This document shows, piece after piece, positions 1 through 15,244 of a DNA stretch of 64,000 nucleotides (its first letter is position 1; each line of letters opens with the position of its first letter). Below the pieces are notes generated by a model that did not search any database, was not told the DNA's origin, and worked only from the letters and a program-made list of their open reading frames with translations. The translations under genes and the position numbers were made by a program. The stretch is from the human T2T-CHM13v2.0 reference genome, Homo sapiens. The DNA is taken from NCBI RefSeq assembly GCF_009914755.1, contig NC_060941.1. One strand, 5' to 3'.

Positions 1-1011
1 CACTCCCTCCCTTTGCTCTCTCTCTGGGGCACCGTGGGCAGCTCTTGCTGCAGAGAGCTGTGCTGAGGCCCTTTACTACAGAACCTGTACAGCGCACCCT
101 CCAACAGCACTTCCATCTATGGTCCTACTCCCCAAGGATCTGCCTCCTCACAGCCCTCCCAATGTGCCTGAAAATATCAGCATTGATCCTTTCCCTGGCC
201 ACCTTGCTCTTAAGGCTCCTGTTCATCATGCTATGTGGATGTGGACCTCCTCGCCTCTCTGTACTGCCCATGATGGTGGATTACAGCAGAATGGGCTCAC
301 CAGTTGACAGCTTTCCCCACTCATGTCTTCTACTCACTAGCTAAGCTTGGGGTGGGTGTCCCCATTGCCCGGAAAATTACTACACAGCCCTCATATCAAA
401 CTTGTTTTGAGAAGCATAACCATAAACCCATCTTTGGCCTATGATCCTAGGGAGTCCTCATGCCAACAAGACCTTTTGGGGTCAGCCACGCATGTGAAGT
501 TAGAATGCAGTTTAGGCTGTGCCATGACTCTGAACTAAATATGATTTTAGGGGTGAGGAAACTGGGACCTAGGGGCTTGGGGAACTGGCCCGAAGGTATG
601 GAGAGTACCTGACCTTGTCGTTCTTCCAGGATATGATATTTATTCCTGGCACCAATCCCCTCTACCTTGTACTGAAAGCAAGGACAGCCTGCCTGCAACC
701 ACACATACAGGTGGCCATCCAGCAGGTGCATACTAAATGTGTGTTGAGTTGAATTATTAGACTCTTTCTAAGCAACCATGCAGCATTGAAGGGACCGCAA
801 TCCCTTTGCCTCTGCGTCCTTAGGGCTAAACTCGAGGTCTCGATGTCTTGCACTGTGGGCTGGGCCGGGTTTGGTGCCTCACCCAGCAGGTAAGTGCTGT
901 CTACGCCTCCCACAGGTCCAGTGGCTCCTCTCCAGACTTGGGTGCACTGGGCCAGGCTGCACCTTACTAATCTCAAGGCTTCCTGTGTTTGTGGCTTTGG
1001 GGCCCTCTTCA

Positions 1012-1366
<355 letters not shown>

Positions 1367-1429
1367 CTATTTCTCACTATTTAATAATTTAGCAATCTTG
1401 ACTCACAATCCAAATCCAGGCACCCCAGA

Positions 1430-1990
1430 CCCACCCACGGCCCGTTGCCTAGCAACAGCCTCCCCACCCCCGCCTCCGCGCCTTTTCCCGCCGACTGCCC
1501 AGTGCGCACGCTCAGAGCCTTCCTCCACACCCCGCCCCTGCAGGGCGCGCGGTGGTGACGTGTAGAGTGCGCGACGCTTTTGGCGACCCGACCTCTGGCT
1601 AACCTACCCCCGGAGCCATGGCCTCTGCTGGGGTGGCAGCCGGGCGACAGGCGGAGGATGTATTGCCGCCAACGTCCGACCAGCCGCTGCCTGACACCAA
1701 GCCGCTGCCGCCTCCTCAGCCGCCGCCGGTCCCTGCGCCTCAACCGCAGCAGTCGCCGGCGCCACGGCCTCAGTCACCTGCCCGCGCGAGGGAGGAAGAG
1801 AACTACTCCTTTTTACCTTTGGTTCACAACATCATCAAATGGTAAGAACCTAGGAGAGGACCAGGCCCCATACTCCCTCCAGCTTCTCCTCTCAGCCGTT
1901 TCAGAGCTGCAAGAGGCCTTGGCGCTCTGGGGCACGCCCCCGTTTCACAGATGGGGAAACTCAGACCCAGAGCGGGAAGAGGCCTTTCCC
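1430..1990 (+). promoter_or_regulatory. MED9: MED9 CpG-island promoter with RFX X-box, NRF1-like, GC-box and CRE/ATF-like motifs
   Basis: CpG-dense. GTTGCCTAGCAAC at 1444-1456, TGCGCACGC at 1503-1511, CCCCGCCCC near 1530, TGACGT at 1556-1561. No obvious TATA box. Confidence 0.8.
1618..1841 (+). CDS. MED9: Mediator complex subunit 9, coding exon 1 (aa 1-74 plus 2 nt)
   Basis: Kozak GCCATGG at 1618; [18 protein letters not shown]...[16 protein letters not shown]; donor TG|GTAAGA at 1841/1842. Confidence 0.97.
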
Positions 1991-2574
1991 AAGACCACAG
2001 AGACATTCCATGAGTTAAGCAAACGATTTGAGCCTCGAGAGGTGCGATATCCTTAAGAATGAAGCCAGCTTAGAGACTAAATGCAGACTCTTGTCCAGCG
2101 GCTCAAATGTTCATCCCAGCGATCTTGAGCAAATTAAATCTCTTTAAGCCTCAGTTTTCTCACCTTTAATGTTGGTAATACTCACTTTAGTTCCTTAGTT
2201 CAGCAAACTCAACAGATAAGCATCATCTTCCCTGTGCCAAGTGCTACGGGATGGACGCAGTAAAAGGGGCCAACTTTTCACCCCCAAAGGTTTAGATAGA
2301 AGGAAAAAAAGACATGATTGGGAATAACCCACAATTCAAAAAGATTGAGACGGGAGTGGTGGCGATGGGAAACATTAGACTAAGCAGAAACACAGAAGTT
2401 GCCTCAGATGATTAGACCCACTTGTACTGACTTTGTTCTAACAGTACCAAAGGAAATAATTGTTGTCATCCTTTTGGCCAGCCTTCAGGGTAGCCTGAGT
2501 TTTCAAAGTGACTCTGTAGAGGAAAAACCAAAAACAAAAACACAAAAGTCTCACTGATCCTTATGTTTGCCTAA

Positions 2575-2853
<279 letters not shown>

Positions 2854-3152
2854 TAACTCTTACTCAACCATTAAAGACCAAAACAAAGTAAATTAAAAGA
2901 AAATTACGATTCCAGTAACATTCAGGTGAACATGAATGTGCTCTTCACTGTTTTACTGAAATGGAATTGTTACAACGTGAAGGTCTTGACTGTTAGTGGC
3001 CCACCCACTTTTGAGTTTAAGCAAACTAGATTCACTTGCTGTGGGATGACCTGATGCTCTTCTGCCACTTTTCAAATAACTACAAAGGCTTTGTTCTCAC
3101 ATTAGACCCTGGCTTCATTTGGTTTCACTTGGTGTTTAAATACTGTTTATAG

Positions 3153-3448
<296 letters not shown>

Positions 3449-4124
3449 GTAATGCTTATAGGATAAGGCAGCCTATTCAGTTTTCGTGAGCCTGTGATAA
3501 TGATCACAGACAGAAATACATATGGAGCCCCTGTAATCCTAGGGCAGTGCTGGATTATAAAGGGTTTATTCTGATTAACCCTAGTTTACTGGTTTTAAGA
3601 AAAATGTGGAAAAATGAAAACACAAAATGTACACATTCACAAGGACAGCTCTTGAACTCCCCAAGAGTATATTCTTGAGCCCTGGTAGAGCAGCTGGGTT
3701 GGGTTGGCCTTAAAAGATGTAGTAGTAAGTTATACTAGAGAGAACAGGCTTTGAAGTTAGACAGCCCTGTGTTCAAATCTGTGTACTGACATTTTCTTGC
3801 CTTCTAATCTTGATATAAATGCCTAACCTTTCTAGGCCATAATCTTCTTATCTCTAATATGTCCATAGTGGACCTCAAAAGAGAGGTTCAGATTATGTCA
3901 TAGCTCTATAATGTGCTGACTGGGTGACCTTGGCAAGTAGCTTAGCTTCTCTGAGCCTGTTTTTCTCTTGTGAAATGGGAATGCTTATGTCATAGGATTG
4001 TTGGGAGATGTACTCAGGAGTGTACCTGTGAAACATAGTGGGTTGATCACATGTGCTTGTCTCTGTTCCATCTAAAAGGACAGAGAAGGGAGTTTAAAAA
4101 AAAAAAAAAAGCATAAAACCTTCA

Positions 4125-4385
4125 GACATGGTGGTTCATGCCTGTAATCCCAACACTTTAGGAGGCTGAGGCGAGCCGGTCGCTTGAGCCTGGGAGTTCA
4201 AGACCAGCCTGGGCAACATGGCAAAACCCCGTCCCTACAAAAAATACAAAAAAAATTAGCCAGGCATGGTGGTGTGTGCCTGCAGTCCTGGCTACTTGGG
4301 AGGCTGAAGTGGGAGGATCACTTGAACCCAGATCATGCCACTGCATTCTAGCATGGGTGACAGAATGAGACCCTGTGTCAAAAAT
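4125..4385 (+). mobile_element. Alu (J-like, internal deletion)
   Basis: Alu left arm and partial right arm. Confidence 0.85.
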
Positions 4386-5080
4386 AAAAAGCATAAAACC
4401 AAAAAGAATAGGACAGGAGATGATTGCCACAAAGTGGATGACCAGGGCTAATTCATCTACCAACTCCTAAGCACCTGGTTTGTTAACCATGGCCTATCCC
4501 CAGATCTCAGGAACTCTAGTGCAAGGACCCCCTGGAAATAGGGGTGAAGGTGGGTCTAAGAACAGGAAGATTACTTGGAAGTCTGTTTAAGAAGCAGGTC
4601 CCCACAGTCCTGTCCCACCTCCCATCCCCTCCAAGCGGCCGGGTGACTACCCTTCTTCCAACTTGGCAGATGGTTAAAAGGTTACTCTCCCGAGATTTAT
4701 TCTTAGGAAGGAATAAGCCAGAGAGTACCTTGACTGTGGGACACCAGGCACACTGCAGGGGTAGGTAGGGGGAGCCATACTGAAAAGAGGGATTAAGAGA
4801 AAGTTCACAGTCTGAAGAGAGACACCACCCGAGCCTTCCCCCACCTGGCTTCTAGATTGGCAGCCAAAGAGAGTGGAAGTGCCCTCTCTATGGTGCGTGA
4901 CCAATTAAGAGAAAAGACATTGGAAAAAAAAAAAGCCTAGTCAATTAATTCTGAGAAAATGAACAAGCATCACTCATTTGCAGAGCTTCCACTAAGCCTT
5001 TTAGTGTTTTATTCTTAAATATATGAGTGGATGGCCAAGGTCACTAAGCATAGGAAGAAACCCCCTGGTAAGAAAGACAC

Positions 5081-5305
5081 GGGTCAGGCGCGGTGCCTCA
5101 TGTCTGTCTGCAAGCCCAGCACCTGGGCAGGCTGAGATGGGAGGATAGCTTGAACCCAGGGAGCTGAGGCTACGGTGAGCCATGATCGCACTGCTACACT
5201 TCAGCCTGGGTGACATAGACTCTGTCTCAAAGAAGAAAGAAAGAAAGAGAGGAGACAGAGAGAGAGAGGAAAAAAGAGAAAGACAAGACAGAAGAGCAGA
5301 AAAAG
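5081..5305 (+). mobile_element. Alu monomer (FRAM/J-like) with GA-rich expanded tail
   Basis: Diverged Alu arm followed by AAAG/GA repeats. Confidence 0.7.
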
Positions 5306-5999
5306 CCACGTGGAGGAAACAGTAGCCACAAAGGAATGGAGTGGTTCTGCAGCTGTAAACATGAGAAGAGGCTAGGATCCAACCTGCAAACCTTCAGTAT
5401 AGGCGTGTCTTTGAGTTTATAGGCAAATGAGGGAGGAATAAGGGCAGAGGAGGAAGGGAGAGGAGACCTCGTGAAGCCTGGGGGAGTCAGAAGGCTTGGT
5501 AAGAGTGATGCCAACAATGAGTCTTCAATTAGGAAAGGGAGGCAGGAGGAATGTTGGTATAGGAAAAACATGTAAGGACACGAAGCCAAGAAATAGCATC
5601 TACTCATGGGAGTCAGCTTCTAGCTTGGTGGTGTTGAGCATACATCCAAGGCAGGAAGAGGTGGCTGGGGAGGAGGGAAGAGCCAGGAAACAGAGTGCAG
5701 GTGTCTTCTGAGGGATGGGGAGCTAGTGAAACTGTCAGGCTGGAAGCCAGTCAAGACACAGTCCTGGCGGGTGGAGATGAGGGCTGGGACCATGTCCGGT
5801 CCACCCAGGTGGCGCTCTCTGGCCCTGGGTCCCTTCCTTTCCTATAACTTCCCCAATGATCCTTTTATTCTTTGTTTACTTCTTGCACAGGGGTGAGTAA
5901 GGAGGTAAAATCTGAAGTAGTGAATTTAGCCTTTCTTGTTCTCATAAAGAATTCAGAGTTTTTGAAAAATTATTTAATAAAAGTAACAACTGCAAGTTT

Positions 6000-7620
6000 A
6001 GAAGTACAGAGAAACGTAAAATGGAAAATGTGTTCCTTCCCCCAAGTCCCCTCACCTGTAGTAACTGCTGTTAATACTTTCCTAAGTTCCTTCTGGGAAT
6101 TACATATGAATGTCATTTCAAAAATTTATACAAATTGAGATCACGTCGTACTTGACTTTTTTCACTGATTAGTCTCTTTTGGCCACCTTTCCATACTGCA
6201 CATAAAGATCTACCTCATTAAGGCAGCTGCAGAAAATTGCATCTTGTGGATGCAGCATAACTGATGGAACTGGTTTTCTGTTGATGGTCTTCTAGCTGTT
6301 TTTCTTATTCTTGCTATTACCAGCACAGTGCTGGGGTTAGCATCTTTGTGTAGGAGTAAGTTTATGATCAGATAAATCCCAGCAGTAGAATTGCTGGGGC
6401 ATAGGGTACAAACATTTTTTATAGTGATAGTTATGCTAAATTTAGAGCACTACGTCTTTTTAGCTAACTCTTTTCCAAAATTCAGTCCTTGTAGACTAGA
6501 CTGCTTCAGTTAACCTAAAATGGCCTATAAATCTGCCACCCAGAAAGCATTAAACAAAAATTAAAGTTGTAGACGGATTCTACAAGTACCCATGGATATG
6601 AAATGGAAACAGGGCCTCTCCCTTCACTCCTCCCAGCTCCCTTGCAAAGCTGTGTAATATTCCACTTTATGAACGTGCTGTCGTTTATGTAAACAGTTTC
6701 TTGCTCAAGGACACCGTCATTGTTTCTGCATTTTGCTGTTGGAATCAGCACTGCAGCAAGCATCTTTGCCCATGCTATCTTGGTGAACTCTTGGTAGTCT
6801 CTGTGGGGGTAAATTTCTAGCAATGGGATATGTGAATCTGTTTGGGTCACTATGAGCAAAGAATGCCCTGATCTATGCTTCCACCAACAGTTTTTGTGTC
6901 TTTCCCCATCACCTGCCATCACCATTAAACTTTTAACTTTGGCAAATCTCATAGGTCAGAAATGATATATTGATCTTTCATTAAGTTAGGTAAAGCATCC
7001 CTTCATAGGCGATTTTATATGTCACTTTTATTTTTCCCTATAAACTGTCCATTTCTCTGTTAGATTTTTTTATGTACAGAAAGGAAATAATGTGTGTCAA
7101 ATGTACTGTAAATACTTCCTCCAGGTTGTTGCTTTTCTTTTGACTTTGTTCATAGTCATGGTTTTTCTATTTGTTTTTCATTCAGATGCATATAATTTCA
7201 TGTAGTCAGATTTGTTAGGCCTTTCCCTTATGGCTTCTGAGTTTTGGTCCTAATTAGAAAGGCTTTCCCACTCTAAAATTATAGGTATTGATCTCTTTTT
7301 TCTAGAACTTTCATGGTTCCATTTTTTACTTGTAATTCTTTGAGGCTCCTGGAATTTATTTTGGTGGGAAGAATAAGGGGGCCTCGGTTAGCCACATCTT
7401 CCCACTGCTGTTTTTGAATATTTGTTATTTTCCCTGCTTGCAGTGCCACCTTTACCATGCACTGAATTCCCACATGTTTTCTGATCTACTTATGGACATT
7501 CTCTCCTTCTCCAGCACCAAACTATTTTAGTTCTTAAATCTTCATGGTACATTTAATTATCTTTTAAGGTTAATTTTTCACCCTTCCTCTTTCTTGTCAG
7601 TATTTCCCTGGCCCTTCCTT
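6000..7620 (-). mobile_element. Degraded L1M fragments
   Basis: T-rich L1-like motifs, e.g. AGTAGAATTGCTGGG and TTCTAGAACTTTCATGGTT. Confidence 0.55.
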
Positions 7621-8233
7621 TCCCGTGGAGTTTTCTAGCAGCCTGCCTGATGCTAGATCATGATGCTTTTGTTAATGGAACATTTCGTCTTTAATCTGCT
7701 TCTTTACTTCCAAGCCTGTTGATACTACTCATTGGCCAGGTCGTTGAGCCTCGCTTTTGAGTATTATAATCAGCATTTAATTAGTCTCTTTGCCTTTATG
7801 CTTATTTTATCTTGTGAATGTTATTTGGCTAATTTTTCTTTGTTCTCCATTCTTCTCAAATTGAGCCCAAACTTAGGCCTTTACTCAGGGATCTCTGCAG
7901 ACCATTTTCAGATTGTCTGCCTGAATAACCCAACACAAAGCCCACAGAGGGTCCTCTTGCTGCAGGTGCTGTTGGGTGGGCGGAGTCCTCCAGGCTGGCA
8001 GACCCTCCAGCCCCTCCACTAGAAGTGCCCACAGAAATGCTGCACAGAGCCCTGTGAACCAGAGCCTCTCCTGTACCCCCAGGGACCCACCTGGTTCTGG
8101 GAGTGCTCTGGCTGGGACAGCCCTGCTTGGAGTTGGAACCCATAGCACTTTCATCTCTTCTAGTGTCTTTCCCGCAGTTGAATGAAAAATTAAACTACAC
8201 ATTTATGTTATTTTTAAAGAATGAGGAAAGGGA

Positions 8234-8623
<390 letters not shown>

Positions 8624-9575
8624 TTAAAAATGCATCATAAAGGAGTAATGAAATGGGGTCTGTTAGATTGGGGAAAATTATTATTTTTTCCTTCAAACTT
8701 AACAAATTTGAATCTGAGTTTGGAATGAAGTAGCTCAGCCTAGGCCTTCTGAATTACAGTTGTTGCTGCCTTGCGTGATGGTTTTGGCTCACTTTGTAAG
8801 AGTAATCTGTCGACATTGGGTACTTTAAAAACATTTTTTAAATTCAATGTTTTAATTCTTTACAAGGTCTAAGGCTGCTAGGTAGGTAGAGGGGAGCCGT
8901 CCTTGCCACCACAGATGGGGCTCAAGTGATGAGCACGCTGTCTGGCCCCTCCAGCTTGGCCTGGCCGCTTCAGCAGGTCAGCAAGACCTCAGAGCCCCAG
9001 CCAGACCTCTTTTGTGGGAACAGGGTGTTATTGACTGTCTTCTTCCCACTCAAGTATCTATTTTAATCTGCCCTGGCCTTCCATGCCAGCTGAGACCCGT
9101 TCCTGGGTTGTGCAGGAAGCGGCCCCCGCTAAGTGCCCACACTGGCTTCCCGGGGATAGTCTGCATGCAGTTACTGCAGGCCTCTGCCGTTCACTTTCTT
9201 CTCCCTCAGCCACACCCCAGGGAGCAGGATGAGCAGCCACAGATAGGGGGTGTTCATAGACTGCTCAGATGAGGTGTTTCCAGTCTGCCTAAAAGCCTCT
9301 TCACTCCTCTGCCATGTCATTTCCATCCACTCAGTATGACTTATAACCAGAAGGTGGGCCCCAGCAGAGGCAAGCCCCACGAAGGCAGGCCTTCGCGAGT
9401 CAGCACTTCCTTAGTGGGCGTGAGAAATGCCAGGCAAGCATTTACGTGGGTCCTGGGAAGGGTGGGAAGCTTTGCCTAGGAAGGCTGGAAGCACTTGTGG
9501 TGGCACTGGGGGGGTCTCCTTCACAGTTTGAATTTGCCTGAAAGGTGTTATCTGTGGGTAGGAGGCCATCTGGAA

Positions 9576-9955
9576 TTATTTTATTTTATTTTTTATTTTT
9601 GAAATGGAGTCTCACTCTGTCGCCCAGGCTGGAGTACAGTGGCGTGTCTTGGCTCACTGCAATCTCTGGCTCCCAGGTTCACTTGAATCACTTGATTTCC
9701 GTGCCTCAGCCTCCCAAGTAGCTGGGACTACAGGCACACGCCACCATGCCTTTGTAAAAAACAAAACAAAAAAAAATTGTATTTTTAGTAGAGACAGGGT
9801 TTCGTCTCTGTCTACAGGCACACGCCACCACGCCTTTGTAAAAATACAAAAAAAAATTTTTTTTTTGTATTTTTAGTAGAGACGGGGCTGGCCTCAAGTG
9901 ATCTGCTGACTTCAGCCTCCCAAAGTGCTGGGATTACAGGCGTGAGCCACCGGCC
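9576..9955 (-). mobile_element. Rearranged Alu with internal duplication and fold-back
   Basis: Reverse Alu flanked by GCCATCTGG repeats; linker region present twice. Confidence 0.85.
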
Positions 9956-10748
9956 GCCATCTGGGATTTTTAAGCAGCATAGTGACCTGCTCAGACTTGG
10001 GTTTCTAAAGGTAGGTGGGGCAGAAGTGTTTCAGAAGAGGGGAGGACCTGGGTCCACAGGAAGGCAGTGGCAATGGGAGGTGGCTGGTCTAGAGGAGATG
10101 GAGCTGGCAGGATGGTGGCTGGGAGAAGGGGGCACACAGGTGCAAGCCTGGGGGTCCTAGCGTGGCCAGTAGAGTGTGTAGGTGGGACTGCACCCTCCCC
10201 CCGTCCCCTGCTGACAGCAAGTCTATGCTGGATATTTGCCATCTGCCAGACTCCAGGCAGGAATGACTTGGTAACTGTGGAGGGAGGAAACTCAAGTACA
10301 GGAAGGAAGGCTGACTGGGGAGGTGGTCCCCGTGTCGAGGGTTCGGGAGTGGATGAACACGTTCTGGGCATTTTGTAGTGCAGTGATTTTCATACTCCGT
10401 TTAGCAGCAGCACCTTTTGTCACTCTTTGCTAAAAAGAATATTTTTTACATGTAATGCTGTTAGCAGATGAAAGCAAGGGTGTGAGTTCAAGGCCTCCCT
10501 CTCCGGAAGGCCTCATAGGTCTTGGCAGAACTGGAGCAGAGAAACACAGTTGATAGGTAAGTAGTAGCCAGTATCATCCAGGGCGGGATGGAGAAGTGTG
10601 TCCTCCGTGGCTACAGATAATCTACATCAGTACAGTTTTTTTTTTTGGAGGGCATTTTGGTAATATCTGTCAAAAATTTAAATATATATAACCTTTGACC
10701 CAGAATCCCTACTTTTAGAAAATGATCTTACCAAAATACTTGCACAAG

Positions 10749-12294
10749 TGAGAGGTGACAGCGTGCTGGCAGTCCTCAGAGCCCTCACTTGCTCTCGGCA
10801 CCTCCTCTGCCTGGGCTCCCACTTTGGCAGCACTTGAGGAGCCCTTCAGCCCACCACTGCACTGTGGGAGCCCCTTTCTGGGCTGGCCAAGGCTGGAGCC
10901 CACTCTCTCAGCTTGCAGGGAGGTGTGGAGGGAGAGGCGCGAGCGGGAACCAGGGCTGCGTGCGGCGCTTGCGGGCCAGCTGGAGTTCCGGCTGGGCGTG
11001 GGCTTGGCAAGCCCCGCACTCGGAGCAGCCGGCCAGCTCTGCTGGCCCCGGGCAATGAGGGACTTAGCACCCGGGCCAGCAGCTGCGGAGGGTGTACTGG
11101 GTCCCCCAGCAGTGCCAGCCCACCGGCGCTAAGCTCGATTTCTCGCCAGGCCTTAGCTGCCTTCCCGCGCAGCAGGGCTCGGGACCTGCAGCCCGCCATG
11201 CCTGAGCCTCCCACCCACTCCATGGGCTCCTGTGCGGCCCCAGCCTCCCTGACGAGCACCACCCCCTGCTCCAGGGCGCCCAGTCCCATCAGCCACCCAA
11301 GGGCTGAGGAAAGCAAGCGTACGTGCAGGACTGGTAGGCAGCTCCACCTGCAGCCCCGGTGCGGGATCCACTAGGTGAAGCCAGCGGGGCTCCTGAGTCT
11401 GGTGGGGACGTGGAGAGTCTTTATGTCTAGCTCAGGGATTGTAAATACACCAGTCAGCACCCTGTGTTTAGCTCAAGGTTTGTGAGTGCACCAATCTACA
11501 CTCTGTATCTAGCTGCTCTGGTGGGGACGTGGAGAACCTTTATGTCTAGCTCAGGGATTGTAAATACACCAATCGGCACTCTGTATCTAGCTCAAGGTTT
11601 GTAAACACACCAATCAGCACCCTGTGTTTAGCTCAAGGTTTGTGAATGCACCAATCGACACTCTGTATCTAGCTGCTCTGGTGGGGCCTTGGAGAACCTG
11701 TGTGTCCAAACTGTATCTAACTAATCTGATGGGGACGGGGAGAACCTTTGTATCTAGCTCAGGGATTGTAAATGCACCAATCAGCGCCGTGACAAAACAG
11801 GCCACTCGGCTCTACCAATCAGCAGGATGTGGGTGGGGCCAGATAAGAGAATGAAAGCAGGCTGCCGGAGCCAGCAGTGGCAACCCGCTTGGGTCCCCTT
11901 CCATGCTGTGGAAGCTTTGTTCTTTCACTCTTTGCAATAAATCTTGCCACTGCTCACTCTTTGGGTCCACGCTGCTTTTATGAGCTGTAACACTCACCGC
12001 GAAGATCTGCAGCTTCACTCCTGAGCCCAGCGAGACCACGAGCCCACCGGGAGGAACGAACAACTCCAGACATGCTGCCTTAAGAGCTGTAACGCACACC
12101 GCGAAGGTCTGCAGCTTCCCTCCTGAGCCAGCGAGACCACGAACCCACCAGAAGGAAGAAACTCCGAACACATCTGAACATCAGAAGGGACAGACTTCAG
12201 ACGCGCCACCTTAAGAGCTGTAACACTCACTGTGAGGGTCCGTGGCCTCATTCTTGAAGTCAGTGAGACCAAGAACCCACCAATTCCGGACACA
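10749..12294 (+). mobile_element. Solo LTR12C (ERV9 LTR), 1546 bp, inserted into an old L1
   Basis: Starts TGAGAGGTGACAGCGTGCTGGCAG and ends CCAATTCCGGACACA; CAAG 4-bp TSD at 10745-10748 and 12295-12298; tandem CCAAT/TATCTAGCTC enhancer repeats at about 11400-11820; AATAAA at 11936-11941. Confidence 0.95.
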
Positions 12295-13129
12295 CAAGTA
12301 CATAAGGGTATAAGTACAAGATGTTCACTGTCATTCTAGTACAGTACAACCACCCATGAATAGCCAGGGTAATTTCGCTGTCTAATTGTATATGTGTTAA
12401 CATGGAAGGACATCTGAGGTGCCTTGTTAAGTAGAAAAAGCAAGAATGAGAACTATGGATGGTCACATTTCTGTCAGAACAAATAAGAAAAGTTTGTGTG
12501 TTTTGTATGCTGTTGTACATTTCAAAGCCATCTGAAACAGTGGACACCACATGTTAGCAGAGGTTATCTCTGGAACAAGGGGTTAATGAGATTTCCCTTT
12601 TCTAAGCCTTGGTTGTCTCATTTTTGAATTTTTTCCCTCAAGTACCTATTACTGTCATTTTTTAAAAAAGTGATCTTAGAAAAATGAAAGCCACTGGAGT
12701 TAGTACGGTGCGAGGAGAGCCTGTGGGCAGAGGAATGGACTGGTAAGGGCTGGTCTGAGGGCAAGGCAGCTGGGACAGAGTGGAGTGTGAGGCACAGTGC
12801 ATGGAAGTTGTGAGGAAGAAGAAATGGGAAACTGAGTCAGATGCCACCAAAAGGTCAAAAGAAATGACTGTCAGATTTGGGAGGAAGTCTGTGTCAGTGG
12901 TTCTAGCAGAGTTATTGGCCAGTTTGCATCTGTACTAAAGCATCCATGCTAAAAAGAAGAACAAAGAAAATCAGGGCATGATTCTCAGACACCTGCCTAA
13001 AACCCTGTGATGTTTGCCTTTGAGTCTGGTGACACGGATACAACTGTCTGTCAGACGTGGGAAGGATGCTCAGAGGATCACCCCTGGCGGTAGTATTTTT
13101 GTCCACTCTTTAAAAAAACCATAGTAGGG

Positions 13130-13589
<460 letters not shown>

Positions 13590-14731
13590 TTATTCACTCG
13601 GTATTTGGTCCTGTCCCTTTTCTTTTGGCTTGAATATTTCACAGTCATCCTGGCTTAGCAGATGCCCACTTCTGAATAGCATGTTCTCTTCACTCCAGGA
13701 GTTCCATGCTATTTACCTCCACCAACTAGGGCAGTTGGGCTTGCAGAGGGGCCTCCCTGTGGGCTGCATGGCCCCTTTTGGCTCAGCTGCCCTCCAGGCG
13801 GCTTGTCTTACAGCTCCTTTTTTATTATCTGAAGACTGTCTCCTTTCCTGAAAGTTCACCAAAGAACACGCAACCCTTGCTATTTGGGGGTTTTCAGAGA
13901 TGAGCATCTTAAACATGACCCACTTTCAACTTTCAGAACTAAATTTTCTTTTGGGCCAGGTTATGTTTGCTTCAAGAATGGGATTATCTGTCATCCACAT
14001 TTCTATTTTAAGTACTTTTTTGTTTGTTTTACCATGTCCTTTGAGACTCATGTGAGTCGGTTTTTTTAAAAACTATATTTTAATTTTAAAACTTCCTTGG
14101 GACTTAAATTCGTAACGGTATGTTAACACGCATGCCATCCGAGTAGAAGGATTTCAGAAGTGCAGATGGTTTCTGTCCACATTTGTGGATCAGAGCTGAG
14201 ACTTCAAAGAATTAAAATAAAAGACGTTCCCTATTTGCTTCCTTCCAAAGGATTTTTAGTTCTCATGAATACCAGTTCATCCTCTCTAGAATCTGCGATA
14301 AGGTATACTGTTAATGGTGTCTCTCAGTTGAGGGCATCATTTCCTGGCCTCTCATTTCCTGGAAGAAGTGATTGATTCTCCATACCCTCCCTCTGAGTTT
14401 AGAGCTGTTGGTAAATACTGAGCTGGCCATGGTGGCCATCTGATTTGCAAGGTGTGAGACGTAACTGATGGATCGCCAGGAAAGATGGATATTCTGCCTC
14501 CGTAAGCAGAGAAATGATGAATAGTAAACATGAATTAGCACCATCTGGGTTGAAATTTCCCACTACGGATGAACATTTATTTGAAAAAATTAATGATCAT
14601 TGACAGTTTTTCCCTCTTATGCCTCAATGGCTTACTTTCAGAACAGCTTACTGAATTGCCTTTTAGTTTTGGTCTCAACCACTTGTTTTCAAAAGCTCAT
14701 CCACTTACTAACTTTTAAAAAACGTATAGGA

Positions 14732-15244
<513 letters not shown>

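Noticed and set aside
11400-11820. Regular repeat array superficially resembling CRISPR
   Set aside because: These are the ERV9 LTR U3 enhancer repeats; there are no unique spacers and the DNA is human.
10715-12293. Overlapping ORFs of 60-156 aa
   Set aside because: All lie within LTR12C; no gag, pol or env sequence is present (solo LTR).
14513-14654. Possible C/D-box snoRNA (ATGATGA...CTGA)
   Set aside because: Box spacing is long and there is no terminal stem or recognisable guide.
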